A program made the position numbers and the translations under genes. A stretch of 64,000 nucleotides of DNA, taken from the NCBI GenBank assembly GCA_963775685.1, contig CAVZJV010000014.1:1888001-1952000 (forward strand), written 5' to 3'. The notes under the pieces were generated by a model. That model searched no databases. It had not been told where the DNA came from and saw nothing but the letters and a program-made list of their open reading frames with translations. Below are positions 28,502 to 38,743 of the stretch, piece by piece (within the stretch, counting starts at the first letter, position 1; each line of letters starts with the position of its first letter). The DNA comes from Candidatus Bathyarchaeota archaeon (lineage in GTDB: Archaea; Thermoproteota; Bathyarchaeia; Bathyarchaeales; Bathycorpusculaceae).

Positions 28502-30030
28502 AACCCGTAGAGTACTCCGTATTTTTTGTTTAGATACTTTAAGTATGGTTCTGAATCAAGGGCTTGTCCAGTTGCCTGCTTGATAAGATCTTGCGGGTCA
28601 TAGAGATCACCTTGGTTGTGAATGTTAGTTTTTAGCCAGCCCTTTACGTCTTCGAGGGTTCCTTTAGCAAGCGAGTTGCGCCAGTCTGGCAAGTCTTTGG
28701 TGATGGCGGCGGATATTTGTCCACTATAAATGTTGCCTAACGCGTAGCTTGGGAAATAACCGAAAAGCCCACTTGCCCAATGTGTATCCTGCATTACACC
28801 CTCAGAGGCATTCTCGATTTTTACGCCTAGGTACTCTTTGTATTTCTGATTCCATGCCTCTGGCAACTCATCTACCGAGAGTTTATCCGTAAAAAGATCC
28901 TTTTCGAGTTCGAAGCGGATGATGATATGAAGGCTGTAGGTTACCTCGTCTGCTTCAATTCGGATTTTGGAGCGTTCAACTTTGTTTACCGCTTGGATGA
29001 CCTGGTTTAACTGGAGACTGCTCAGACTTGGTGCTACCTGTTTGATTTTTGGCAGAAAACCAGTCCAGAATTCTTTGGAGCGTCCGATGATGTTTTCGTG
29101 GAATCGCGATTGGGATTCATGTATGCCGTATGAGCACGTGGACCCGACTGGTTGGTATTGCCATTCGGGGTTGAGGTTTTGCTCGTAGAGTGCGTGCCCA
29201 GTCTCATGTAGCACGGAAAAGATTGAGCTGGCGAAGTTGCAGGGGTAATAATGCGTGGTTATGCGGACATCGTCGTAGTAACCCGTGGTAAAGGGATGTT
29301 CAGTCTCGTCCACTCTTCCTCCAGCTTTCGATGAAGCTGTATCATAACCAAGCGTTTGGGTTATTAATTGTGTGATTTTGCGTTGGTTTTCCACAGGAAC
29401 GGTTACCCTGAAGCTCTGCATTGAAGGCTTGATTTGGCAGTCTTCAATTTTCGAAATCAAAGGCTTCAAGCCTCCAAGCAGCCTGTTGAAGGTTTTGGTT
29501 ATGGTCTCTGTTGGCATTTTGGGCTCAAAATTGTCGAGCAATGCCTCATAGGGCGTCTTGGTTTGTTTGACTTCCATTAGAATCTCAGCAGCTTGTTTGG
29601 TTAAGTCCAATAGTTTTAGGAGGTCCGATTTAAAGAGGTTAAAGTTTTTTTGAGCCTTTGCTTTTTTCCATGTGTTAACTGTTATTGCTTCTTGCATTGC
29701 GAGGTCCGCAACTAGTTTTTCGGGTAACGATGTCTGTTCCCGGAAGTCTTTGTCGATAAGGTAAATGTTGCGTTTCTCGATTTCGCTGAGCGCTTGGTAC
29801 TGGTCATCTTTTTGGAGGTTATCAAGGAGTCTTCCTATTTGCGGGTCCGTTCGCAGCTTATGATGAATGCGGCTTAGAAGTGCCAGTTGTTGGCTACGTT
29901 GTTCCACAGCCTTAGGTGGCATGTAGATTTCCATATCCCAATGGATTATGCCTTCAGCAGTTGAAAGCACCATGGCATCTTTGATTTTTGATAAAAGTTC
30001 TCGGTAAGATGAATCTATTTTACAGATCAA
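28498..30030 (-). CDS. Carboxypeptidase, M32 family
   Basis: HPF, DVRITT, HETGH (HExxH), HESQ, IRIEAD, QDTHW, YFPSYALG. Confidence 0.95.
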   Translation of the reverse strand: MICKIDSSYRELLSKIKDAMVLSTAEGIIHWDMEIYMPPKAVEQRSQQLALLSRIHHKLRTDPQIGRLLDNLQKDDQYQALSEIEKRNIYLIDKDFREQTSLPEKLVADLAMQEAITVNTWKKAKAQKNFNLFKSDLLKLLDLTKQAAEILMEVKQTKTPYEALLDNFEPKMPTETITKTFNRLLGGLKPLISKIEDCQIKPSMQSFRVTVPVENQRKITQLITQTLGYDTASSKAGGRVDETEHPFTTGYYDDVRITTHYYPCNFASSIFSVLHETGHALYEQNLNPEWQYQPVGSTCSYGIHESQSRFHENIIGRSKEFWTGFLPKIKQVAPSLSSLQLNQVIQAVNKVERSKIRIEADEVTYSLHIIIRFELEKDLFTDKLSVDELPEAWNQKYKEYLGVKIENASEGVMQDTHWASGLFGYFPSYALGNIYSGQISAAITKDLPDWRNSLAKGTLEDVKGWLKTNIHNQGDLYDPQDLIKQATGQALDSEPYLKYLNKKYGVLYGF

Positions 30031-30233
30031 GGGTTAATTCTTCCTTTCTTTAGTGTTCAAAGGGCGCAGTCTTTTATTTACTGTTAGGTTAAAGCATATA
30101 GACGTTGAACCCTATCTACGTAGGTCTTCCCTCCTTTTTTAAAGCAGCCGACTAGTTAGGTACCGAGCGTTAATTTGATTGCAAAAGTCTTTTATCTTGG
30201 TCAATAAATGCGCTCTATTGAGGAATTAGTAAA

Positions 30234-30881
30234 ATGAGTAGTTTAGAATCTAACAAGAACTTAGCTGGCGTCGGCTCAATACTGCTAATGTTTCCATTTG
30301 TGAACATAGTTGGCATAATATTGATATTCATAGGCATGAAGGGCTTAGCAGAATACTACAAAAATGACAGCGTCTACCGTGATGCTCTTCGAGGGCTCAT
30401 CTTTCTAATAATTGCAGCCATCTCAATCGCGGTCGCTGTCCCAGTGTTCGCAATCAGCGGTATGTTCAGTATTTTTGCACTTGGTCCATTTGGTGTGGGT
30501 TTTGAGCTTATAGCTTTGCTTTTGATGTTAGTACTGGTTTTCATATTCTATCTGCTGGCTGCAATTAATCTGAGGAAAGCATTCAACAGTCTTGCCCAGG
30601 AGTCAGGTGAACATATGTTTGAAACCGCTGGAATGCTCCTGTTCTTCGGAGCAATATTCACCATAATATTAGTTGGCTTTGTGCTGATATTTCTCGCCTG
30701 GATAATTGCTACAATAGCGTTCTTCTCCATCAAAGTCCCTCCGCAACAATACGTTTATGGGCCTCCTCCAACAGCAGTCCCTTCAATGCAACCAACAAGT
30801 TTCTGCCCTAACTGCGGTGCCCCTGTCGAGGCAAATGCAACTTTCTGCCCTCATTGCGGAAAACAGCTTCCCCCCGTCTAA
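30234..30881 (+). CDS. DUF996-like membrane protein with a C-terminal zinc ribbon
   Basis: LAGVGSIL, several TMs, FCPNCG...FCPHCG. Confidence 0.8.
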   Translation: MSSLESNKNLAGVGSILLMFPFVNIVGIILIFIGMKGLAEYYKNDSVYRDALRGLIFLIIAAISIAVAVPVFAISGMFSIFALGPFGVGFELIALLLMLVLVFIFYLLAAINLRKAFNSLAQESGEHMFETAGMLLFFGAIFTIILVGFVLIFLAWIIATIAFFSIKVPPQQYVYGPPPTAVPSMQPTSFCPNCGAPVEANATFCPHCGKQLPPV

Positions 30882-31180
30882 ATCTTCTTTATTTTTTTTA
30901 TTTCTCACCTATAACCACCATACGTTTAAGAGATTAGCCGCCTCGATTCATCTAAAAGAAGCCATTTATTGAAAGAAACCAACTTACGAAAACGTCTCAA
31001 AAGCAGGCTAAAATTACCTAAGCGTCATCGCTACGTAAGAAATTCTCAGCGGAATCAAACTGGGCAAAATAGTCTGCGAAATATGTGGAAAAGGTTTCTT
31101 AAGCGAAACCTTGTTGACAAGCAAATGCATACCTTGCTTTGAATCACTAAAGGAAGAAAAATAAACTAGAAATGATAAGT

Positions 31181-31258
31181 TGGTGCTCCGGCCGGGATTT
31201 GGACCCGGGTCGCCGACTCGAAAGGCCAGTATACTTGACCGGACTATACTACCGGAGC
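31181..31258 (-). tRNA. tRNA-Glu(TTC), CCA encoded
   Basis: Reverse complement reads GCTCCGG...CTGGC CT TTC GA GTCGG...CCGGG TCCAAAT CCCGG CCGGAGC ACCA. Confidence 0.92.
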
Positions 31259-31329
31259 GCTTTCACAATAAAGCACCAACCAGAATGCTTTTTCCCTCGA
31301 ATAAACCTTACTCTTCCAGAACCATACTT

Positions 31330-31866
31330 TTAGCTAATATGCTTGGTTCGTTTAGGTTTTTTGGGAGTAAACAAAAAGCCTGTTATTTGATCTATAAGTT
31401 TAGCTTGGTTTGCGGTGGTTTTTTCGAGTTCTTGGATCCTTTTTTCTAGGTCGTTTGAGATGATTTTTCCTTCTATACGGTTAGCCGAGCGGAACATGAG
31501 TAGCATTTTGAACACTTCATCGATGGCGTGTTTTTGTTCTTCGGCGGACGCTGGTTTAGTTCCTGCGATTACTGATAATAGATCAACATAGTGCTCTTTG
31601 ATTTTTAGTTCAGCGCTGACAGAGGGATCTTTTGGGAATGCGATGCTTAACGGTGTTTGTTTGGCGAGTTCGGCAGCGGTTGGAAAACGAATGATGATAT
31701 CTCCCCTTATCCATGAAGAAACAAACTCCGAGACGAAGCGGAGGATCTCTTTTTCTGAGTAAAGCAAAGAAGACTCTGGGTTTGCATCTGTTTTTCTTTT
31801 GATTCTTACACTAATAATTTTCTTGTCTTCAGCATCATTTGACATATGGGTCCCTTCATGTGCCAT
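31330..31866 (-). CDS. Hypothetical protein with a C-terminal coiled coil
   Basis: 178-aa ORF co-oriented with neighbours; no recognised motif. Confidence 0.6.
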   Translation of the reverse strand: MAHEGTHMSNDAEDKKIISVRIKRKTDANPESSLLYSEKEILRFVSEFVSSWIRGDIIIRFPTAAELAKQTPLSIAFPKDPSVSAELKIKEHYVDLLSVIAGTKPASAEEQKHAIDEVFKMLLMFRSANRIEGKIISNDLEKRIQELEKTTANQAKLIDQITGFLFTPKKPKRTKHIS

Positions 31867-31925
31867 CTATCGTTTTGTGTTTGTTTTGTTAATCAATACC
31901 TAGTATTTAAGAAAACTTTCCAAAG

Positions 31926-33208
31926 TTAGAAAGAGATTTTTGCCGCTGAAGGAATCTTTCCTAATATCTTTGCTGTTGCCTTCTCAACTTTTGTCCTGTC
32001 CGTTTCCGTAGTGTAGACACGCAGAATATTCATGAAGCCCTTGAGGGTTTCAAAAATCTTTGAGCTTTCACTTAGCCGCTGGAGCTTTTTTTCTCCCCCC
32101 GGGCTTCTTGTGAAGACTGGAATCTCTGTTGATTCCATGAGAACCGCATGGTGGTATGGAACAGATGGCACTGTTGGCACATCGATTATAACGGAGTCTA
32201 ATTCTAATGCCGGCCTCCTTGGCGATTTCACTTTGTACCTGTCGTCTATACGCCTCGCGACCAAACAAGTTAGATATCATGGCATCTTTCTCATAGAAGG
32301 TCCGTTCGTAAGCGCATTTGAGCATGCGACGATTTTCCAAGTTACTGATGATTTCGTTTGATGCTTTACATTTTCTGAGTGCTGCCCAAACTGTGTAATC
32401 GTCCATCGCCATGTATTCTTCAGGGGTTTTGAAAGCTGTTAGACCAAGTTCTTTGTTGGCTTTGTCCATGGCGGTTGCCAGCATAATCTGTGCGGCTCGT
32501 CCTACACGGTGGAAATAGATGCTTTTGAAGGATTCAATTCGGGCAATAACAAATGCTTCCAAAGCTGACAATGCCCCTAATTCGACCGCTAGGTTCTCGC
32601 CTAAAACGTCAAGTGCATGAATCAAGCGGTAAACGTCTATGAAGCCGTATTCAGCGCCCGTATGGTAGGTGTCTCGCACTATGAAGTCTTGCTTGTCAAC
32701 GTCTACGGCGCTGCTTATTATTTGATTGAGAAACGCTCCGATTCTTTTTATGTAGTTTTCCCACAGCCAGCCCTGCAACCTCTTTAGGGTTGAAACCCAT
32801 CTTGGATAGTTTGTCGCTGACTTCGCTTTTTTCAATAATCCATGCGGTAATATCTTCGTGGGTTTTCTCGAGATCCTTGATAAGCAATTGCTCGAAGACG
32901 TGTGAGAAAGGTCCATGCCCGCAATCGTGGAGTAGCGCTGAAATGCGGCACATATCCACTTCCTCGTCGTTGACGATGCGTGAGATATTGGGGTTTTCCA
33001 AAACATGGCCAGCCAAATACATAACTCCTAGGCTATGTTCGAAGCGAGTGTGGTTGGCTCCAGGATAAACGTATTCGGAACCCGCCAGTTGCCTTAGCCT
33101 TCGTAGCCTCTGCATTGGATAGGTGTCAATTACATTCTTTTCTGCTTCAGTAATGTACACGTAGCCATGTACGGGATCCTTGATTTCTCCCCAGTAAGCT
33201 TTAGGCAC
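31926..33208 (-). CDS. HD-domain phosphohydrolase (dNTP triphosphohydrolase-like), broken by two frameshifts (~32745, ~32205)
   Basis: IKDPVHG, QRLRRLRQL, HTRFEHSLG and LLHDCGHGPFSH in ORF1; DVDKQDFIVRD and YFH in ORF2; C-terminus in ORF3. Confidence 0.85.
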
Positions 33209-33277
33209 AAGAGCATCCTCACAGTTGTAAGCTATATTTATGTACCTTCCATTAATGTGTAACGCTAAGCACCCGAA

Positions 33278-33901
33278 GTGACAAACATGGGCAAAAAAGG
33301 CATCTTTATCGTTATCGAAGGCTTAGATGGAAGCGGAAAAACTACTCAAGCAACCCTGCTTGCAAAAAAGCTCTCCCAAAGTTACAGTGTAATGCTCACT
33401 GCGGAGCCTAGCCAAGGCAAAATTGGCACTTTTATCCGCGGAGGTTGTCTCTACGAAGATAAACGTTTGCCAACTGAGGCTGAAGCGCTTCTTTTTGCCG
33501 CTGATCGGATCGAACACCTGCAAAGAGTGTTAAACCCTGCGTTAGATGAGGGCAAACTTGTCATATGCGACCGTTACATTTACTCATCATTAGCCTATCA
33601 GGGTAGCGCGGGGCTAAGTCTGGATTGGATTAAAACTATTAATGCTAGGGCACTGCAGCCGGATTTCAGTGTTTTCATCGATGTAGCTCCCGAGCATGTT
33701 CTGGAACGTTTGCATCGAAAGAAATCGGTGATGGAGACTTTGGAGACCCAGCAGAAAGTTAGAGATGTTTATCTAAAGTTTGTTGAGAAGGGCGACTTGG
33801 TCAGGGTTGACGGGGATAAGCCCAAAGACGTTTTGGCTAACGAGCTGTATACTGTAGTTTTAGGTTTTCTTAAGGCTTGCAAGGGTTTTATCTCTCAATA
33901 G
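33278..33901 (+). CDS. tmk: Thymidylate kinase
   Basis: IEGLDGSGKTTQ, LLFAADR, CDRYIYSSLAYQ. Confidence 0.96.
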   Translation: MTNMGKKGIFIVIEGLDGSGKTTQATLLAKKLSQSYSVMLTAEPSQGKIGTFIRGGCLYEDKRLPTEAEALLFAADRIEHLQRVLNPALDEGKLVICDRYIYSSLAYQGSAGLSLDWIKTINARALQPDFSVFIDVAPEHVLERLHRKKSVMETLETQQKVRDVYLKFVEKGDLVRVDGDKPKDVLANELYTVVLGFLKACKGFISQ

Positions 33902-34624
33902 TCCCTTGCGATTTACTTGAAAAATAGCAAGTACTGCATCTCCTTGCCTCTATCTTTTCTGCATTGAATCTGTGTTAAGGATCATGGGGGTGCAGGATTT
34001 TATTACTTTTTCTTATATGCTGAGCCTAAAGTTTGAGGGTTATCAGAAATTTTTTGTGCGTTAAGAGAACAACAACACTTGAATTTGCAGAAATGGCCGG
34101 GCTTGTTTTGGGTTGTTTTTTCATAATAGGCTCTGCAAAGGGTGCAGGTTGCGTCTGGAAAAGTCATATAACGTCACAGAACGTCATAAAAAGTCAATGG
34201 AGTGCATAGGGTAGAACAACAATTGACGTGAACTGAGAAGTGATTTAAGGCTCGGTTATAGAGAAGGGAAATTGACTGCAAGTGCCTGCGTATGTTCGGT
34301 AACGTTTCAAGCGGGAGACAGATCAAATTATAGAAATCACCAAAAACGACCTATGGAGATCTGAGGTCTGCCCGACTTTTTTTTATCAAGAATAGGCAAA
34401 ATTCAAAGAATAAGTAAATGGTGTTTCGTAACCTGGGGTTTGGTGTTTTTTGGACTCTTTTGGAAATAACTATGCTGTTGTTGAAGAGACTGACTGTTTC
34501 AAAGGCTTTAGAATCCAAAAGATGTTGGTTCTGTCCGACTTATGCAAGCCTTCTGAGGCTCCTGATAGACCTAAAAGGATCTATATGCCCAAAAAAATAT
34601 GGGCAGGTTGTTTGTTTTTTGTGG

Positions 34625-35737
34625 TTAGTCTTCTCTCCATTTGAACAGCTTTACTGCCAAGACGAAGATAACCAATGTTAAAATTCCGAGAACTGCAATG
34701 TCAATAATTGTACCGCTAATGTTTGCGTATACCATGGCGTTGTTTAAGCCTTCTGTAACATAGAATAGTGGCAGGACATGAGCGAATGTCTGCAGGTATT
34801 GTGGCATGCTGCTGATGGGGAAGAACGTCCCTGCGAGGAACATCATTGGGAACGTTACGATGTTGCCTATGACGCCTGCGGTTTCTGGGTTTTTTGTTAC
34901 TGTACCAACCAGCATACCAAGAGCTGCAAAAAGCATTGGTCCTAAGACGAGAAAAGGAATTAACCAAGGCGTTATTGCAACATGTGCACCGAAAGCAAAG
35001 ACTCCAACTCCAACCATCAGTAAAAAGCCAGCGATCGTCAAGACAATGTACCATATCATTTTAGATGCTAGCCACTCCATCTTTGTGAGCGGTGTAAGAG
35101 AGAGTTGCTTGAAGAGCTTTGTTTTCTTGTATTCTGATGAAATGTTAACTAACGAGAACATTGGGCTGGTGAGTATTGAGAAGCCGATTAAACCTGGAAT
35201 TAGGAAGTCAATGTACTGTGTTTGCTGAGTGTTCACTCTTGCAGATGTTAAGCCTATTACCGTTGTGCCGTTGAAGCGTTGAAGGTTGAAATAATTAGCG
35301 TATCCATTAACTGTTCCGCTTACGATGCCGCTTGTGCTTGAGGTTGGATTGCCATAAACTGTTACATTTACTGGCTGGCTCATGGCATAGTCTAAGGTGA
35401 AGTTTTGAGGAATTAGTATGCCATCAGAGACCGAATGATCTGCTAGGTACTTTGAAAAGTTCTCTGAAGGATTTACCGTTATTACTGTGATTGTACCGGA
35501 TTCGTTAAGTGCTTCAAGGAAGCCTGTGCCGAGATCTTGCCCTGTAGGAAATGGTCCGGTATCTTGGTTTTGAGCATAGACGTTTACCTTTCCCGTGCTC
35601 CCCCCTGCAAAAATTGCCCCAAAAATCAAAATCAAGATAACAGGAAAAACTAATCCGAAGAATAACCCAAACTTGTTTCTAAGGTATCCGCGGCTGAATA
35701 CTTTGAAATCTGAGTAAATACGTTTTCCACTGACCAT
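34625..35737 (-). CDS. ABC-2 type transporter permease
   Basis: N-terminal TM, extracellular loop, YIDFLIPG, FLAGTFFP..MP. Confidence 0.9.
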   Translation of the reverse strand: MVSGKRIYSDFKVFSRGYLRNKFGLFFGLVFPVILILIFGAIFAGGSTGKVNVYAQNQDTGPFPTGQDLGTGFLEALNESGTITVITVNPSENFSKYLADHSVSDGILIPQNFTLDYAMSQPVNVTVYGNPTSSTSGIVSGTVNGYANYFNLQRFNGTTVIGLTSARVNTQQTQYIDFLIPGLIGFSILTSPMFSLVNISSEYKKTKLFKQLSLTPLTKMEWLASKMIWYIVLTIAGFLLMVGVGVFAFGAHVAITPWLIPFLVLGPMLFAALGMLVGTVTKNPETAGVIGNIVTFPMMFLAGTFFPISSMPQYLQTFAHVLPLFYVTEGLNNAMVYANISGTIIDIAVLGILTLVIFVLAVKLFKWRED

Positions 35738-35740
35738 TTT

Positions 35741-36697
35741 TTAGCGCCTCTTCTTTTTGAAGGTTTTTTGTTCCGATGCTTCTCCTTGCTCGCTGGCGGG
35801 TTCATTGACGAGTTTAACAAACACGTCATCTAGACTGTCTTGACGAGTTTGTATATTGCCCCACTCTAGACCTGATTGCTCAGCGGCTGCTAATGCTGCC
35901 AGTGCATCAATCTTCTTTCTCAATGTTATGAAGATTTCTTTCTTGGCTTTGTTGTACTCAACCTGCAAGTCAGTGTTTGCCTTAATGTAGTCAGCGAGCT
36001 TTTCATCTCCATGAATCTCAAGTCTCTCACCTGAACCATGCTGCTCTATGATTTCTTCCGTAGTTCCCATTGCTACAATGTGTCCATGGTCCATGATGGC
36101 TACTCGGTCGGCTAGTTGCTGAGCCTCGTCTAGGTAATGAGTGGTTAAGATGATGGTTTTTCCTTTAGCTTTTAATCCTCGGATGACTTCCCAAATGGCT
36201 CTTCTAGCGTTTGGGTCTAAGCCTGTGGTGGGTTCATCTAGAAAGAGCAGTTCTGGCGAGTTAACTAGTGAAAGAGCAAGACCTGTCTTCTGTTTTTGCC
36301 CGCCTGAAAGGCTGTCAAAATTTACTTTGGCGGATTCACTTAGTAGAACTTCCTTTAGAATCTCGTCTGGGTCGACTTTTACGTCGAAGAGGTCTGCATA
36401 GTATATGATGGCTTCTCTTGGGGTTGTTTTTTCAAAGAAGGTAAATTCCTGTGGTATAACCCCTATTTTTTTGTGAAGTTCATAGCCGTTTTTCCAAGGG
36501 TCAAAACCAAGAACTTTCAGGTCTCCTCCATCTCTTTCACGCAAGCCTTCCATGATTTCGATTGTGGTGGTTTTTCCTGCGCCGTTGGGACCCAAAAGAC
36601 CAAAGACTTCTCCTTCTTTGACGGAAAAAGAGATGCCGTCAACTGCTTTTAGGGTTCCGTAGTTCTTTTTTAGGGATGAAACTTCAATTGGTAACAT
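35741..36697 (-). CDS. ABC transporter ATP-binding protein
   Basis: GPNGAGKTT, LSGGQ, LDEPTTGLD, TTHY. Confidence 0.96.
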   Translation of the reverse strand: MLPIEVSSLKKNYGTLKAVDGISFSVKEGEVFGLLGPNGAGKTTTIEIMEGLRERDGGDLKVLGFDPWKNGYELHKKIGVIPQEFTFFEKTTPREAIIYYADLFDVKVDPDEILKEVLLSESAKVNFDSLSGGQKQKTGLALSLVNSPELLFLDEPTTGLDPNARRAIWEVIRGLKAKGKTIILTTHYLDEAQQLADRVAIMDHGHIVAMGTTEEIIEQHGSGERLEIHGDEKLADYIKANTDLQVEYNKAKKEIFITLRKKIDALAALAAAEQSGLEWGNIQTRQDSLDDVFVKLVNEPASEQGEASEQKTFKKKRR

Positions 36698-36820
36698 TTT
36701 GTAAAATCCTCTGTGTTTCCTGCAGGCTGTAAATTGTTATCTTTTTAACGTGTAAGCACGTGAAAATATAACTTTCGGCTAAAGTTAATATATAAAATTC
36801 CTTTTTGAGTCGCTTAGAGA

Positions 36821-37336
36821 TTAACTGTTTGCTTTCTTGAGTATCTTCCTGCTCTTAACTGATGCCTCGTTCACTTTACTATAAATAAACATGGTTAATT
36901 CTTCAGGTGAAATATATCTTGGTCCACGTTCGTGGAACACTTGAACCTCAAGCTCGTCCTTGCGAAAGATGGTTCGAATCATGTAATAATCAAACTTTAA
37001 GGGTGCCTTCTTTTCGCCGTTGCCTTTGTAATAACGGATGGAGCAGAAAAAATCCATCAAATGCAAACGCTCCTTAGACAAAAAATTGAGTGCTTTTTCA
37101 AGTTCTTCGTTATCAATGAAATTGAAATCTCCTGATTCTGCCAATCCAAACTCAAAAATCACCTTGCCCTCCGGAACTGTTGGGTTGGTGACTTCTTCAA
37201 AAGTAAATTCTCTACAATTTACCTTATGAAAAACTTGGATTAGCTTTTGTTGTAACTGCTTGTTTGAAAGCGCGGAGATGAAGCTGTCGATTCTGTGGAT
37301 GCTTGCAGGGAAGTTTTCGTAAAAACCCAAAGTCAA
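36821..37336 (-). CDS. Hypothetical protein
   Basis: 171-aa ORF co-oriented with both neighbours. Confidence 0.65.
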   Translation of the reverse strand: MTLGFYENFPASIHRIDSFISALSNKQLQQKLIQVFHKVNCREFTFEEVTNPTVPEGKVIFEFGLAESGDFNFIDNEELEKALNFLSKERLHLMDFFCSIRYYKGNGEKKAPLKFDYYMIRTIFRKDELEVQVFHERGPRYISPEELTMFIYSKVNEASVKSRKILKKANS

Positions 37337-37344
37337 ACTGTGGG

Positions 37345-37722
37345 TCAGCCTTTCATATTTCTGATCTTTTCAACGCCGTCTAGTAGCTCATTAAGAGCAA
37401 TGGTAAGTTTTTGCAGCTCATCAACATCTTGGGTTTTCTCAATCTTCCCTTGGATTTCCTCTATCTTTTTCATCAGGGTTGCCTCAAGCTTATCATAGGC
37501 TGTTGTTGATGCGACAGCCTGTTTTGGTGCATCTTCGCCTTCCTTAACAACTATCACTTTTTTCTCATCCTTTTCACACCAAAGTGTGCCATCTTTTAGC
37601 CTAAATAGTGGAGATGAGCAGTTTGGGCATGAGAGATCAGTTAAGGCTGCACCCTGCAGCAGCAGGTTTGCGCCTCGTTTAACAAGTGTGTTATCTGGTC
37701 TTGGTTGCATATAGAACCCCAA
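37345..37722 (-). CDS. UPF0148 / autoantigen p27-like zinc-ribbon protein
   Basis: LLLQGA.LTDLSCPNCSSPLF...G..WC, followed by a coiled coil. Confidence 0.8.
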   Translation of the reverse strand: MGFYMQPRPDNTLVKRGANLLLQGAALTDLSCPNCSSPLFRLKDGTLWCEKDEKKVIVVKEGEDAPKQAVASTTAYDKLEATLMKKIEEIQGKIEKTQDVDELQKLTIALNELLDGVEKIRNMKG

Positions 37723-37788
37723 AGTAAATACGTCTCAATGCTTATATAACTTGGTCACTGCGATGTTGCATTAAAAGGGGAACTATTT

Positions 37789-38067
37789 ATGGTGCGCAAG
37801 AAAAAAACTGAAGAATACGAAGCAAAGATTCAGCAAGCGTTAGTAGTGCTCGGCGAAGTCTCAGAAGATAGCACAACACCAAGAAATATCCGTCGTTCCG
37901 CAAAGGATGCCATGAGCGCATTGCAAAGCGCCGAATATACCCCTGCGGTGAGAGCTTCAAACGCCGTGTCGTTGCTAGATGAGATTCTGCAAGACCCCAA
38001 CATGCCACCCTACACAAGAGTAAAACTTTGGAACGTTATGAGCTTCATCGAAGCCATAAAAGATTAG
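37789..38067 (+). CDS. UPF0147 family protein
   Basis: D.TTPRNIRR, RASNAVSLLDEI..DPNMP..TR. Confidence 0.88.
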   Translation: MVRKKKTEEYEAKIQQALVVLGEVSEDSTTPRNIRRSAKDAMSALQSAEYTPAVRASNAVSLLDEILQDPNMPPYTRVKLWNVMSFIEAIKD

Positions 38068-38106
38068 TTTAATCCAAGTTTTTGATTTACGGATTTTTCA
38101 AAAATT

Positions 38107-38568
38107 TTATTTTACTTGCCTCGTTACCTCCTTGTAAGAGTGTGCGCAGTGCATGCAGCAGAACGCTGTTTCTTTGCCGTCGATGACTTCTCGGTAGCCT
38201 CCCTCATAGACTTTGCAGCCGCAGTGCGCACAGACGTAAATGCTTGGTTCAATTGCTATAGCCACTAAGGTGGCGAATCGTTTGAAGAGTCCAGTACAAA
38301 GTTTTCTTCCTTCCTCTGTGAGTTCAAAGATCTTTCTTTCTTTTTCGCCAACTGGTTTTTGGGTGTGTGTGACTAATCCTTTTTCTTCGAGTTGTTGAAG
38401 GAAGGGGTAGACTAGGCTTGGGCTGACTTCTTTTTTGACGCGTTTTTTGAATTGGTTGATTATGCTGTAGCCGTGGGCTGGTCCTTCGTAGAGTATCGTG
38501 AGTATGTAGAAGCGTGAGAAGTCGCTGATTAAGTCGTCTATGTTTGCTGGTTGAGGCTGGTCTGCCAT
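38107..38568 (-). CDS. PadR-family regulator with a C-terminal TRASH/YHS-like metal-binding domain
   Basis: HGYSI, SLVYP.L..LE..G, then CAHCG...FCCMHC. Confidence 0.85.
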   Translation of the reverse strand: MADQPQPANIDDLISDFSRFYILTILYEGPAHGYSIINQFKKRVKKEVSPSLVYPFLQQLEEKGLVTHTQKPVGEKERKIFELTEEGRKLCTGLFKRFATLVAIAIEPSIYVCAHCGCKVYEGGYREVIDGKETAFCCMHCAHSYKEVTRQVK

Positions 38569-38743
38569 GGTGTTCTTGGTTTATTGGGTCACTTTGTTGT
38601 TATAAATGTTCTTTAGATATATCTAAAAAATACTTATACAATATTTAGAATTCGACTCAACGACACAGCTTCCAAGTTTAACTGCACTATAAATATATGC
38701 CACCTGTTACATGTAACTCTGGGTTCCAAGGGGGTAAAGTTCC

